64,000 bases of DNA from Lingula anatina (Eukaryota > Animalia > Brachiopoda), in assembly GCA_051362555.1 (NCBI GenBank), contig CM120649.1, positions 11,718,001 through 11,782,000 on the forward strand, written 5' to 3'. The notes beneath the pieces were generated by a model. It saw only the letters and a list, made by a program, of their open reading frames with translations, did not search any database and had not been told where the DNA came from. Both the position numbers and the translations under genes were made by a program. Within the stretch, counting starts at the first letter, position 1. Every line of letters begins with the position of its first letter. This document shows, piece after piece, positions 11,939 through 26,060 of the stretch.

Positions 11939-12400
11939 CACCTCATAAATCACGATGTTTTAATCACTTTTGTTAATCCTTTGACTATCCGTAAACTGGT
12001 CTTTATTTCAAAATTGCTTCATTTTATTATCGCTACTTATGTAGTTCGTCATAGATTCACAATCATAAAAATAAAAAAGAAAAAAAAGTCGATGCCTATG
12101 GGGGAAGTCGTAAAACAAGCACGTGGAGATAATGTATAAAAACGAATAATTCATACACTGTGCTAGAATTTATACTTTGAAGATGTCATAAAATCTTTTT
12201 TATCCTTGTAACGTGAAGAACTTACAGGAATGGACAAAATTATGTCCAAGTAACAGGTAAGGCAGACTAGTTGGTTTCAATGTCTGAAAATATCCACTTT
12301 ATTGTGTTGAATAAATGATGCCCCTTTCCAGGAAAATCAGATCGAATGCTTATTATGTAATAGCAACAAATGATGTACACGCAACTGCACTTGGTATATC

Positions 12401-12637
12401 CAGGGGCGGATCCAGGATCATTTGAAGGGGGGGGGGTCCGCCAATGCAAAGCCCCCCACCCCCACCCCACCTTGGCGTGGGTTCGGGGCCCGCTAAAGGG
12501 CCGACATATTTTTGGTATTTTAGAGGGCGAACGGTGCCATTTGGTGGTTTAGAACTATGATTCAGCTAGTCAAAATCCCAATTTCAAGAGGGGGGCATCG
12601 GGTTGTCCGAAATGACCTCCCTCTAAATCCGCCACTG
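12401..12637. mobile_element. MITE with short TIRs (caggggcggat / atccgccactg)
   Basis: 11-bp TIR with 1 mismatch and poly-G/poly-C subtermini; no TSD recognisable. Confidence 0.7.
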
Positions 12638-14516
12638 TGGACCCAAGTGAGACCACAGCAATTACGTACCCCTTCCCCCTCCCCCACCGCCTTAGATACT
12701 GAGCTACCATTTCCCCCCCCTTCTTCGGAGCCTTTCATTTTTTTTCATTTCCTCAAATCTCATTACCTGAGCAAAATGACTTCACACAGAGTGAAATTAC
12801 TCTTTGTCAAAATCATAGTTTAATTGACGAAGTCATCAAGCATCTCAAATTTATATTCCAAGAGCGAGGATGCCCGTGAATAATGTATTGTTCAATAACA
12901 AGCCCAATGATCAATAGGAGGGGCAACCCCCACCCCAAACCCCCTAGATAAGGGGGTTTAAAAATCAAAACGAGACAAAACGATGTAAAATTGCCATCCT
13001 TGTGAGGGAGTGGAATCGTATTGAAATAAATGCATGAAGTTGCTCCGTAAAACCCATGCATTCAGCTCCCCGTATCCAATTTGTCGGATACGACAAGTAC
13101 AGATCAATCATAAGACGCGCACGCTTTGTCATCCCCACATTTTCCTAGAAAAATATATATTCTCCTTATTTTTCGCACCAGGTACAGTTTAATAATAGCA
13201 CTACAATCACGCCTATTCATTTATTGGTTAGCCACAAGTGCTAAACGCTGTCAATATTTTCACTTGTTGACTTCGCGACTTGGTTTTCAATTAGTTTTTG
13301 TTGATGTTGATTTAACTTTGAACCCCACAATATCGTCGCTGCGATAGCGATTTATTCCTCATGTCACGATAGTCTTGCGCAATTGAAAAACACATTAGGT
13401 GGCATCATTGTATCCGCTGAAAGAGGACAAAAAGGAGGTATTTGTTAATGTTGAATGATGAAAATCAATTTGGTGTTGAAGCAGAGGCCCTAATTTTACT
13501 GCCGTTTTCATTAAACTAATAGGCAAAACGGACATTACTTACACGAACATATGTAGGCCTATTTCATTATCAGATCATTAGCGCAATGCTGACAAAGCCT
13601 GGGATAAACAATCACTTCAATGAAAAACGAACTAAATTAAATATATCGCTGCCCATACTTGTAAACATCGCGTATAATGCGTATCGAATGCAAATAGCCC
13701 AATATCAAGTGAATGCAAAATCCACACCTTCTTCAAACAAATCTTCATCGTTCAATGCGTCCTGCTGCATGTGCGGACTCGGCAAATATCTCACATTGTA
13801 TGGGTGAAACGCCGCAGCCCCATTGTTACTCTATTGTGATGCCGCCATGTTGGAATTCGATCACGTGACCACACCAGGTAGCTTAGGTCTGTGGTTACCT
13901 GACTGCAGTACGAATGATAAAGCAGATAAGTTGACATGCTCGCTTAGAGCGGTTAAGCGTGTTGGTGCTCTGCGTTCGAATCGTAAAATCCTATTCCAAG
14001 GGAGAACAACGACGCATTTTATCGAGAGACGTCGTAGGTTGGTCAAACGACAACTTTGACATTGTATACAGCACAGGTGCAACACACCTGTCTATCGTCG
14101 GGCTATGTGTAAGGCGGAAATATAAAGGTGAGTGGACGTTTGACTCAGCTTTACTCGTCTCGCTCTACTACCTTGGTCTTTTTAGCGCTGTAATGCGCAC
14201 TGTCACTGACTTCTTACACCGTTGATACTGTCGCCGGGTCGTTGACAGTGTCGTTAATATTCTAGATGGTATCAACACGGATATGAAATATCCTATGGAT
14301 GCATTATACTGGTGGGTAATAACAGAACCAATGGCGGACTTGAGTCGGTTTATGAATACAGGGCTGGCAGTAGCAAGCTCTAGTGGCATTTTATGACCAC
14401 GGCAACAGTTTTATTAAATGTAAACTTTTGGCACTGTGTCGCTGATGGGATTATTAATCGGTTCGTGTGGACGGCAATATGAAGAGGGCATCTTGGACTG
14501 TCGCCCCTAAAACGCA

Positions 14517-14638
14517 ACAATGGCGACACTGTTAGAAATGTCAACAGGCCCTGTGGACAGCTGTCCAGCTAATCTGGGGCATCGTCACTGTGGACGCTGT
14601 CAACAGCCTGTTGACATATCTAACAGTGTCGCGATTGT
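14517..14638. repeat. Inverted repeat, 33-bp arms (31/33 match), 56-nt spacer
   Basis: acaatggcgacactgttagaaatgtcaacaggc (14517-14549) versus gcctgttgacatatctaacagtgtcgcgattgt (14606-14638). Confidence 0.9.
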
Positions 14639-14927
14639 CGTGGACTAAGTTATAAAATACATGCATCATGGATTAATAAGAATATTGAGGAACCGATACA
14701 TATTTCCTAGTGACTACACAATGACGTTTGCTGTTACCCAAGGAGGTGTTTCGTAATCGGTCGAAGCTTTTATCAGTTGTGTACATTGTCACCCTTATCT
14801 GACACTGGTGACAGTCACTTGTTATCTCTGACGAGTTTGTTGTTGATATTGTCCGTGTGTTGATAAACTTGTACATGTACCCCTTCAGTTATTATTGAAT
14901 ATTCTTCGCACAGGGTATTTCATGGAA

Positions 14928-15204
14928 CGCTGGCGGACCCGGGACTATGTTAGGGGGGGGGGGGGGGCAAGGTAAAAATGAATAACTCCCCTCGATCACA
15001 ATAAAACAGTTAACGAAACGATTTTTTTTACTTCTACTACTTGGGCACTACACATGGGTAGATAAAGTGTTAGGTCACATTTCCCTCGTTTTATCTTTAG
15101 GAGATTGAATAGAGCAGTGTGAATAGAGAGGGGTATCTCGCAGGCGAAGAGATGGGAATGTGCTGGCATTGCCCCCCCCCCCCCTCCCTCCTGCGCCACC
15201 ATTG
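14928..15204. mobile_element. Degenerate MITE, same style as 12401-12637
   Basis: cgctggcggacccggga + poly-G at left; poly-C + ctgcgccaccattg at right. Confidence 0.4.
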
Positions 15205-16657
15205 CTAGGAAGTGGTCAACAATAGTAATGGCCATTGTTGTTGTCGGATATTTACATTGACCATGTTTTTGTACAGAAGACAATGGTGTGTCATTGTCAT
15301 GAATGATATTGCCACCCTTTAGACATCATCAAAGAGACATTTTTGATATAATGAAGCAAATGGTTCTACAATGGGAATGAATGCCCTCTACCTTGGCCGC
15401 ACTAGCCAGAGTTATACATGTGAATATATAGTGAAAAATAAAACAACTTGTCACCCTTGTAGAGGGATTTAATATGTCACCCTGGATTTGATCAACGTGT
15501 TTAACGTGAGATCTCAACATCTTGAAGTCAACACATACTTACCATAGTTACATATTTCAGTTTTAGAGCAGGTTATAGAGGTACAGTCTATTAATACGGC
15601 GTTTCTGCACTGATACAGGTAGATAAATGAATGGGTTATTTTGGTGTGTTATTCAATGATTTGTTCACTTGTCATTCCTATATTGACAGATGATGGGTTT
15701 GCAGAGTAATACAGAGGCGGTTCATTATGTGTGACTCGTGATGACATGTGAGGCGGCGGTATCATGTCCGCTATTGGGATGTGCCCGAGGGGTTGCAGGA
15801 TTTCCATCCTTTCCCCCCTCTAACTCTTTATTTCTTCCTCTTCCTCTTTTCCTCTTTCTCTCTCTCTCTCTCTCCTTTCCACCCACATGCGCACACTGTA
15901 CAATCACCCGCGGGTAGTCAATTATATACTACATATTATACATAAATATTGAATAACAGTGATACACGACGTCAATGGGGCTATTTGGGATTAAGAAATC
16001 GTATTTCTATAGCCTTGTGCACAACGTGTCTTCACAAGATGTGGAGTGACATGGAAGTGTTATGAGCCATGCGGACACGCTGTTTGAACGTATGATGTGC
16101 TTGGAATGTGGTTTTTGATAGAGAGAAATGAATAGGTTTTTTATTTTGGTGGATTAGCAGAGGCGGATAATAAATCAATTGAATGAAGTTTGATGAGAGC
16201 AAAGATGAAGAAATACTGTGAAATCGGGGCTACTTCGCGTCTTTTACTCCCCTACTTCGCCTGAATTCCTCATTACTATCCCCCAAGCTTTCCCCCTCTC
16301 CCTTTTTTTCTACAGAAGGCACAAAGACCCTTGCATACACTGTACAATAATATGTAGTAAATATTTCATATTCTCAGAAGATGGAATATATAGGCTTTAT
16401 ATCCACAGAGTCGGGTGATACTTGGTGACAGTGTCACGCAGCTGTCACCTCGGTGTCTTTATAGCTGTGACAATTATATTAAAGAGGACACTGGTAGTAG
16501 GTTGGGCAGTGATATCTAGTCTGGGGACATACTTGCGGATACTGACGACCTAACCACTAGCATTTTTATCACCGTATACAATGCGATAGATAACTTTATC
16601 GGCAGCAAAACACCACAGATATGGCGGTTATATATGATATGAAGGGAAATCCATATA

Positions 16658-16659
<2 letters not shown>

Positions 16660-16730
<71 letters not shown>

Positions 16731-16821
16731 TATTTATAAGTAATAAAGAGATATAAGAATGCCATCGACAATATCCAAACATTTTGCTCTGTTACAACGA
16801 TAGATCTCTTTCTCTCCTCCC

Positions 16822-16860
<39 letters not shown>
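16660..16860. repeat. (TA)n (about 16660-16727) and (CT)n (about 16826-16860) microsatellites
   Basis: Directly visible. Confidence 0.95.
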
Positions 16861-16862
<2 letters not shown>

Positions 16863-19320
16863 GCACTGCGTGACTTGACCATCCTTTCCTCGCTGCTCTT
16901 TTCGTGACATCGGCATTTACTCGTGTGAACGTTTATTCTGATGCGTGCCTCGTCAAAATCTGGATAATCTGGACCCCCTCTACCTCCCCTACGACCTCCC
17001 TCACATGAATCTCTCATATTACCAAGTTGTCTTTATCAAGTGTTTTTTGTTGACACAAAGCATTAGCAAAGTTGAACGAGTACACACTGCCAGCCACTGA
17101 TTAATGAAAAAAGAGAAAAAGAGCATGCTTCACCCATGGGACATGAAAGTGAACATGTTCTCCCAGATCTGCAAAATCAATATAGTTTTTTCTAAGGTCT
17201 TGAGGTGGGTTAACCTGGGGGTTAGGTCGACCTTTCTCAGTGCATCGCTTACAGGGGTCAGTTTCAAAAGGGAAACTTAGGCCAGAAATTCGTCTTAACT
17301 TTTAGACCAAAATGTGGTCTACATATCTTCAATATAAATCTGTAAAGGTCCACTTAAATAAGTTGAATATCGTTTTCTCTCGTTGTGCAACATTTCATTT
17401 TACTGTGTACTAATGCACTGCAATGGCTTTATCCTCTTCCCTCGCCCCCACCTCTTCATAAAACTCCTGGAACCAGCAGTGTCATATTTTCTCCATTCCA
17501 ACCTGCCACGAACGATTACAGTGTTGATCGAGGCGATGCTACACACAAGGTATCAATGACAATTATGAAATATCCACAATAACCCCGATTCAATATATGA
17601 GCTATTCAGACCTCAGCACTGCGGTGTATGAAATAACTATATGATCCGGAATCTGTTACATAAGCAACAACTCACTACATTGTATCATATCATGCATATA
17701 CAAATCTGAAAGCGCGTATGACATTTAATCGAATTCGATCCCAAGGTTGACGCGTGTTCGTAGGGTACCGGCGGAACTTTGTGTGTGTTAATTAAAGGTT
17801 GCATTATTAAACGGCACGTGCGCGGGTCATTTCCTTTCGTAATTATCGACAGGTTACGCAGTCCATAAGGGCGGAGGGTTAAGACATCTGCATGGACTTG
17901 ATGACGAGAGGGAAGCGTTGGCTTCATGTTCTGATAGATTATCTTATGATTTGCGGATACTCCAGCTGATTAATTCACTATAAGTGATAAAAATGTTACA
18001 TGTGACTATTAAGTGTAACAATTGTCATCGTTCAAGTGCACTATTAAAAGTTTCTAGGGCCGGGGGGGGGGGGGGGGTGCTTAATGCGTAGAGATATGTT
18101 TTTAATATTGTAAGGTCTGTATAGCACAACGTAGCAGATATATGCGTAACAAAAAATAAAGATAAATAAATAAACAAATAAATAAATAGAAATGCTGCAA
18201 CCATAACGTCTTATTTTGATAGACATTGAAATGCATGCACTCTCGATTCGATCCTCCGATGTCTTTGAGTCTGCCCTTGCAGAATATCGATCAAACCACC
18301 CCTTGGAGGCGTGTTTGAAAACTGTATCTTACGTAACAACTGGGCGACGTCGTCTCTTTGATGACTTGAGGACTTTAATACTGTTTACATAGGCGACACC
18401 TAGCTGTAAAGCGACACTTTAAGACTCCTTAGGCACAGGTGTCTGTTTCACAAAATATCAAAGGTTTTGGGGATAAGTACAGACGGCTAAACATGGGTAG
18501 CCGACTACGTTAAGTAGATTGTGTGATATCGGCCGAAGGACGGTGTACAGTTAGAAAGATCGGTCCACAGTTAATGGCGTTTAGATACCGAAAATGTCTT
18601 TTGTTACCACTGAGAGAGAAAATGTCATCAACCAGACAATGACAATTTAATTGAGGTGCTTGTTTTATAGCTAGAAAAAAATAATAATAAAGCAAAGGTG
18701 TGGTCTTTTAGATTCTTTTAGATTGAAACGCAAATTAGTTCGCTAAAATCTCCAGCAGGCTTTGCTTAATACGATTTTCGAATTTAGTCGTACTGTAAAA
18801 CATGACCCCGTAATGGCTGAAGTGCACGATTGGTGTGGTCACAAACCGTTGTAAGACCAGTGTATTGTTTTAACAAGATGGTTATCTGGGAGAAGTACCG
18901 GTATACCACTATGTGCCTGTCACACTGTTTACACTCAGCTGGAGGTGACACAGTGGTGACTTTGTGGTACGCCACCTAAAACCAAACCAGGTAGATAGGT
19001 TGATAAATATAGTTTATCAAAGCCTTATCCTTTTAAATTGGAGTCATATTGCGATCAATAAGGAAAAGAGTAAGATTAGACTAAAAGAAAGTCAAAATTT
19101 TAAGAAAAACGAGAGACAATGTGTACTTTTCACAGCACAATGAAAAACTATACAAACATTGGAAAATATGTCTAGTTTATATCGCTTTGACTTCATACTT
19201 GGCTTTGGGTGGACTAAAAAAAAATTCTTGGTAATAAATAAAGTCAAGTATTTTGTTATGCAAAGATAAGATAAATTTGGAAATCTTCCTCATTTTATCG
19301 GTTTTAGCTCCGTGGAATCC

Positions 19321-19322
<2 letters not shown>

Positions 19323-19374
<52 letters not shown>
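19323..19374. repeat. (TA)n microsatellite
   Basis: Directly visible. Confidence 0.95.
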
Positions 19375-19379
<5 letters not shown>

Positions 19380-22300
19380 GTTGGAGGGGGGTCTCTAATG
19401 ACCCCCACTTTGAAGAGGTTCTTGGAATTTGCTGTGCAATTTGCAGCAATTTTTCATAATTGTTTGACTGAGGATCGGTATTTTCTTCCCTTTTGGAAGA
19501 AGTGCATGCTGCGCCATTTTGCAATGAAAAGGTTAGAGGGTGTGTGGACATGAGTGATGGGGGGGGGGGAGGGGTGGAGAGAGAGGGGGATGCTACCTGT
19601 TTCCGCCCACATCCCTAAAAATAAGCACCTGGTATGTACACATTCTTCTCTGTACCATTTATATTACTATTATATAAACTGACAAATGACTGATGATGAA
19701 TGCGCGTGAGAAAATGCCCAGAATGCGCTTGTGGTAATGGAGGGCGTGGCGGCTGTCGTCCATACTGCCACCAAGGAATTTCGCATGCTGCACTGCGTTG
19801 TCATCCAAAGGGCGCAGACGACTCTACGCACGGTTGTGATCTAGGGCCGCAGGAACGCTTTTGTGTGTTACATTTGTGTGTCCTAAAATACTTTAAGATT
19901 CACCGCAGCAATGTTTTTGCTCGAACTGCTAAAACCAAATTCAGGAGTTGATATGAAATTGTCATTTATCAAAATGACGAACTCTAAAATATGCTAATAA
20001 ATCATACAAGCTGTAAAGGGGGTTTTCACTTACAATATTGGAGAACAAAAAGATGGCATTCAATGGAAATATTATCTATATAAAAGAATAACAGTGAAAG
20101 ATTGGCGATAAACGCACGGGGCGTGTTCAGTCATCTTGTTGACAATCTACCACCCAAGCTGTCGTAAAGATTTGTAGTCGACTAAGAAACCAAAACCACA
20201 TATTTTACATTTCGGAAATTGATTTTCAAGTAGGTTTTCATTTAGTTTCTCTATCCCAACCTCAATACCCTCCCCCCCCCCCCCCCCCCCCCCCCCAATG
20301 TCATTTTGCCTTTCAATGGCTATTTCATTTGTAAAGATTTGTGAAATATATAACAATAAACTTTGAGCTTTTCAAATGCCTGAAATCTATAAAATGTGCG
20401 AAAACCATACTTGTCTCAGATGCGGCATTTTTTTTCCAAATCTTATTTTTGTTTTAACAGGTAGCTCAGTGCTAAATAAATTTTATCTTGTTGACTGTAT
20501 GTTTCGAAGTTAAAAAATGTAGCAACTTGTTTGCACAGAAAATAACTTTTTACCTTTTTAGCTGAAATGCCTGTTGTAATGCTGGCACAAAACGTTTATG
20601 ATTGCAGTAGCAATAGCTTTGAATGCATAGTGTGACATTCGTCATTTAAAAAATATGGCATTACAGAAATTTCATCTTCTGTTAGAATATAGAAGCGTAC
20701 ATTACAGAAAAATCAGAAACTCTTAAAAAGCTTAGAGTTTAGACAAATGCACCGACATGACAGACAAGTGCACCAATGTAGCCGTCGTTAAGTGAATCTA
20801 TAGATATCTACTCTTTACATACGAATTGATATCTACTCTTTATATATCAGAGGCAAGACTCGCCCTTAATTTCAACACGTACGTCCACTTGAGCTAACTA
20901 TTAACTTATTACATTAGATACAGTTTCCATTCCCGCCTCAAAGGGGTGGTTTGATTAATTTTCTGCCAGGGCAGTCTCAAAGACATCGGGGGATTTTGGC
21001 AACCACCTACAAAATCGTCTCTCCTTTAACTTGAGACGGATGATGGCAATGATGATGTTTAGGAGTAGGCCTACAATCATAGTTGTTGTCATATAATGTT
21101 AGTTTTACGAAGGAAGAAGATTATATAAACCATACATTGCATGTATTAAATATGTTAATAATGTAGAATACATACACGTTCATTATTAGTTTTGTTGACT
21201 ATATGTTTGATTCACTATTATGAAATATTTTACTTCACTTCAGATAACAGTTTTATAAAGACCGTTTCATCTTTTGCCTGCGGTCAGTACGTGATTTTTT
21301 CCTCTAGAGTTGCGAAACACCAACTCTTTTATTATAGCCGTTCTAACTTTTTAATATGAAACGACCTCAGTCTTCATTTTCAACTTGTGTTATATGTTCC
21401 ATGTACCATATGCTTCCCTTATGTGGCCGGCATACTAAAACAATATTATAATGTACCATCGCCTCTATCCATTATTACCACTACATCGTTTCTGCATCTA
21501 TGTGTTTGGATGGCTTAATGATACGTCAAGCACGTTTATGATGAGGTCTGTAGCTAAGGTTGATGGTCATAAAAAGAGTATGAATACAACCGCAGGATTC
21601 GCTTGCGGGTATCTTTAATGCGACCGATCGTTGTCGCTTATGCTTGGTACTTAACCTTGCGGCGTTTAATACTCAATTCCCTCTTTAAAGTCGGTAAGTT
21701 TATGGGTATTTTTTTAGTTTTATGAAGTGCACATTGCTCTCGTGATGTGAATGAGTTAGAGTGTTTTTGAATAAGAATGTATACCTTAAATTATTTCGCT
21801 GACACGTTTTGGAAAGTCGATAGTTTAAACGACCCAGTCTACCCAAGATGTCTTGTTGATTAAAGTATCCGAACTACATGTAGGACAGATAATTTTATTC
21901 TCATTTATGTTATTAAATCAGCATAAGCGGGAACAAATCACATTCTTAGTATGTTTAGGGTTTTATATGATTATTACTCTTTTTATTATGGCTTTTCTGA
22001 CTTAAATGTCCACTGAGATATAAGCAAGCCACTGCTCTTGTCGTCGGAGTCAAGATAGTAACCCTGGCAATCTATATTAATTTCTGTATAAATATTTGTT
22101 AAACCTCGTTTCTTCTTCCTTGTTACGGCAACAGCCTCTAACAGTCTTAACTTTCTGTTAAAGTGAATGTAAAATTTGAGACGGAGGCACTTCGCGTGCG
22201 AGTAAACAGCAAAGCAAATATGAGTTTAATATGTCACCGTCTTAATGGTCATTACATTTCGATCTTAGATGACCATCTAGGGTTTTGAGTGGTCAGTTCA

Positions 22301-25032
22301 CGTCATAGCTGACCGAATCATTAACTTGCGCTACTCGGAGACGTTGGATGATACGCAGATAGTTTCTGAAATATTAAAAAAAACACTTATTTTCACTTTA
22401 AAAAAAGATTGTGAGATTAGAAAAGCTCAGTGTTGTAAGTATATTAAAAAAAGAAGTAAGCAGATATGTCTGATATATTTGGTTACGCTGCTTCTTTACT
22501 TCTTCCTTCAACGAAAGAGGTCATGTTTCAAAGAAGTTATTAATTCCTTTTGCTTTCATTTCCGGGAAACACACTGAATCATCGGTAAATGAAACGATTG
22601 CAATGTAACTGAACCCGTCAACTGATATTATTAGATATCTTGTATTGCATTTTTCAAGTTAACCTGTATCTTGATAACTGTATTGTTTCGTTTGTTTTCA
22701 AGCGCGTTTGCCTTCTCTGTGACTATGCTTTTTTCTGCTGTCACTGATTTCTCACGTACTATTTTTTTATCTTCACGTGATATTTTTGTTTTATGACAAC
22801 AAGCAGCAAGGTCAGTGTAAGTGTCAACCACGGGTATGTTAACACGCCGGGAGTGACACGTCTTATCTGTCTTAGGCAAGTAACATTTGAAATGCGCCGT
22901 CCCCGTGGAAGGTGGATAATTATACACTAGCGAATCCAGGGTTTTACTGAAGGGGGTGGGGAGGGTTTAACAAGCAGTATTTTTTCCTTTTCCTTTTTTT
23001 CGAGAAAGTGAGATGTTAGGCAAGTAAAGTGTACCAGGTCAATTTCACTTTATAGAATTTTTGTGTTTATCGCTAGTTTCCTAAAAATTCTTGCTCAGCC
23101 ACTGCTGACCGTAACTTGTCTAATTTCTGCAGATGTGATTAAAATTATCCTATACAAGAAACGGCCACAAAAAAATGACGATTGAAAATAAGAAAAAAAG
23201 GTAAAGCTATTTCATTATACATCCGAAATTGTCACTGCCATTGCCGATTACATGAGTAAAACTAGACCATGTCTTCGTGATGGGTCTTTGACCTTGCAGA
23301 TTATTGACCGAGACGCAATTTAGCCACACTTAGTCTATGGAACTTTTATAAATTATAAACTTTGCATCAGCAATGCAACAGTCTATGGGACACGGTCTGG
23401 CTCCAAAAAAAATTAAGTTATGCTATAATACTGATTAGTTTGCCCTTTTCAGGACCACCTTGCTTGCAATCTGGTGTCTAGAATATCGTATAACTTCAGA
23501 GTCATTTGGTTCTCTTCAATACGCAGAACTTGCAGGGTCTATTAATGTCCTCTCATGGCGTGAGAAGATCACCATTTATAAGTAATTACACTGATTTTAT
23601 TAATTTATTATGACAGCATGGTTGATGGTTTTAGAAATGCAAAATGTGTTGAGTTTAAATACGAATCCAACAGCGTTTGTTCAGGCACTGCATGTGTTGC
23701 GGTACTCATGGAGGTGCGAATGGAAGTATTTTTGCCCTTGAAACTATAAATATATAAATCAGACGTGCTATCATATTTGAAATTAAATCTCAAAGGGTTA
23801 GCATTCATTTGTTGTTGACTTTGCCTTTGCAGATAAAATCTCGCAAATACGAGATCCAATGTTCTATTTGGAATGGGAGTTCCTTAAGGTTTGATACTGA
23901 TGTCTTCTTGGCTGTTTTATTTTTTAAGTGCCATTTTGTTTGCAACGGGTGTCCCTTGTTAGGCGTAGTGCGACTACCGACAATCAGCGTCAATTACTGT
24001 CCCCTCCCCCAACCCCCCAAAAAAGGTATAACATGCAAAACGAGTACAAAAAATACTATTTCCCTACTTGCACCTTAAATATTACAGTAAAATTGCTTCG
24101 TCTAACATTTTAGATTTTATATCCTTGAGCCCCCTTAGAAAAACTCTGCGTGACCAACCGGCATTTAGCTGTCTACTACTTATATTGGGATGTTTTTTTC
24201 CTGGCTGATGGTGCGTGTAGGTGTACTATGTCATTACGGCGTAGAAATATCTGTGTAGGGAACTGCCTTACACTATAAATCCCCTAAGTACGCCCAGCAA
24301 ACATAGTTCCTGAACTACATTTCATTTAAGTTTTTAATGGGTCTTCTTAAATTTTATATAAATAGAAAAAAATATTTTGTTAGATTTCAAAAACAAAATG
24401 GATTAAAAGGTATTTATTTACTAGACAATTCTTAGATTTGTCTATTTGTTTTGTTCAGATTTTTCTCGTAATTTTTCATTTGTTTTCCCATACATGCGTG
24501 TCATTCCAGAAACTACATGGTGTCAACGTTTTTTTATATCTGATAGCAGCGAACTCTAAGAATATCTTTTTTAAAAAAGAGCCACTTTCAAACAGAGTAG
24601 TTTATTCTGGATGCGTAGTGTAAATGGACACTCTGCGTGAGCCAATGCAATGAACTTGCTCTCCCCTGTCCAAACATATACTGATCTTGTGTAGATTAAG
24701 GCAGGAACGCAGTTTGACTGGGGTCTGGTCGCCATCATGGTCATTGCTCTGTGTCTCGGCAACTTAATCCATGTGTTTGTACAGGGCAGGACATGGTACG
24801 ACAATGGACACTTCATTTCCCTTCAACTATCCGGGCGCGTTCCTACTCTCCTTAACGAGAACCGTCTCTGAACCGATATAAATGGCGTTTCTCTTTGTAG
24901 TATTGTTAATTGTTTAGGTAAAAATCTGAGGCAGTCGCTACATCAGTACCCCTAATGTAAAAAGGAATGTAGCCAATGATGGAATTATTATTGACCTTAT
25001 TATAATGGAGCCTCTGTGTTTTGAAACGTTAA

Positions 25033-26020
25033 AGGACAATGTTCATGTAAAAATCCATTTCTCGAATTTTGAAGATACAGCACTCAATCTATACACTAGA
25101 GGTATGTTTTAATCGATCCCCGCCATTTAAAAATTATAAAAACAATCTATTAGTAGGAAAAAAAGCGTTTTAGTAAACCTCACCTCAATATGCAAAAATG
25201 AAGCAACAGATCTGGGTCACGTGGTACTGTGACGACAATCACGATAAAGGTCTATGAGACTCAACTGAGCTGCATGGTGCATACAGACGGAGAAGTTAAG
25301 GAAAGTTGTGTTGAACGGAGTTGAGGAATTTTCGTTATGCCGTGGGATTCACCGTGGGATTCACCAAAATTGCAGCTCTCGTTGACAATCTTTCTTTGTC
25401 TGTGACGGTCTTCCGTGACTTACTTACTAACTTCGGTGACAATAGTTGCGATGCTCTAGATCATGGTCACCTCAGGTGGTTTAGATCATATCAAGAGCTG
25501 GTAGTCTTTCAGATTAACTGTCATCAGTTGGCAAACTTACTGATTGCTGATGCATTTTAAATGCATTGTAGTTGACCAAAAGCTCGTTTACAACAAACCT
25601 GTTAATTATGCACCGCTGCAATTCCCAAGCCAGGTAATAACAGGTATGAAACTCGTCTTGGTGGGCTTTCATATTTTTCAATATATCTCATTTATTTCAT
25701 GGGGTTATTTTATTGGTATTTGTAAATGACGTTAAATATCAATACTTAAACAATTAAGTTCAAACACGGTCGCGAACATTAATAAAAGAAATTGCTCTCA
25801 GGGTATCTTGAAGCTTCCGTGGTGAAAAAGTGTTGAGGAAAAACAGGAAAAAGAGCGTTATATTAAAGAAAAAATGGGAACTGCTATAATAAAATGGTTC
25901 GTTATCCTAATTCGTTTATGCTTTGAGGATTTGTTTCTGAAGATTATTTCATCTGAAATATTAAATAATTTAAAAGATTGATTATTTTATAACTTGAAAC
26001 GCAAATTCTGCGTCAGTACG

Positions 26021-26060
<40 letters not shown>

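Noticed and set aside
13756-13770. MQQDA on the minus strand matching LC8 DMQQDA
   Set aside because: Five-residue match only; flanks show no LC8 similarity.
20803-25363. Short direct duplications (gatatctactcttta at 20803/20828; ccgtgggattca x2 at 25340)
   Set aside because: Ordinary slippage or micro-duplications with no further structure.
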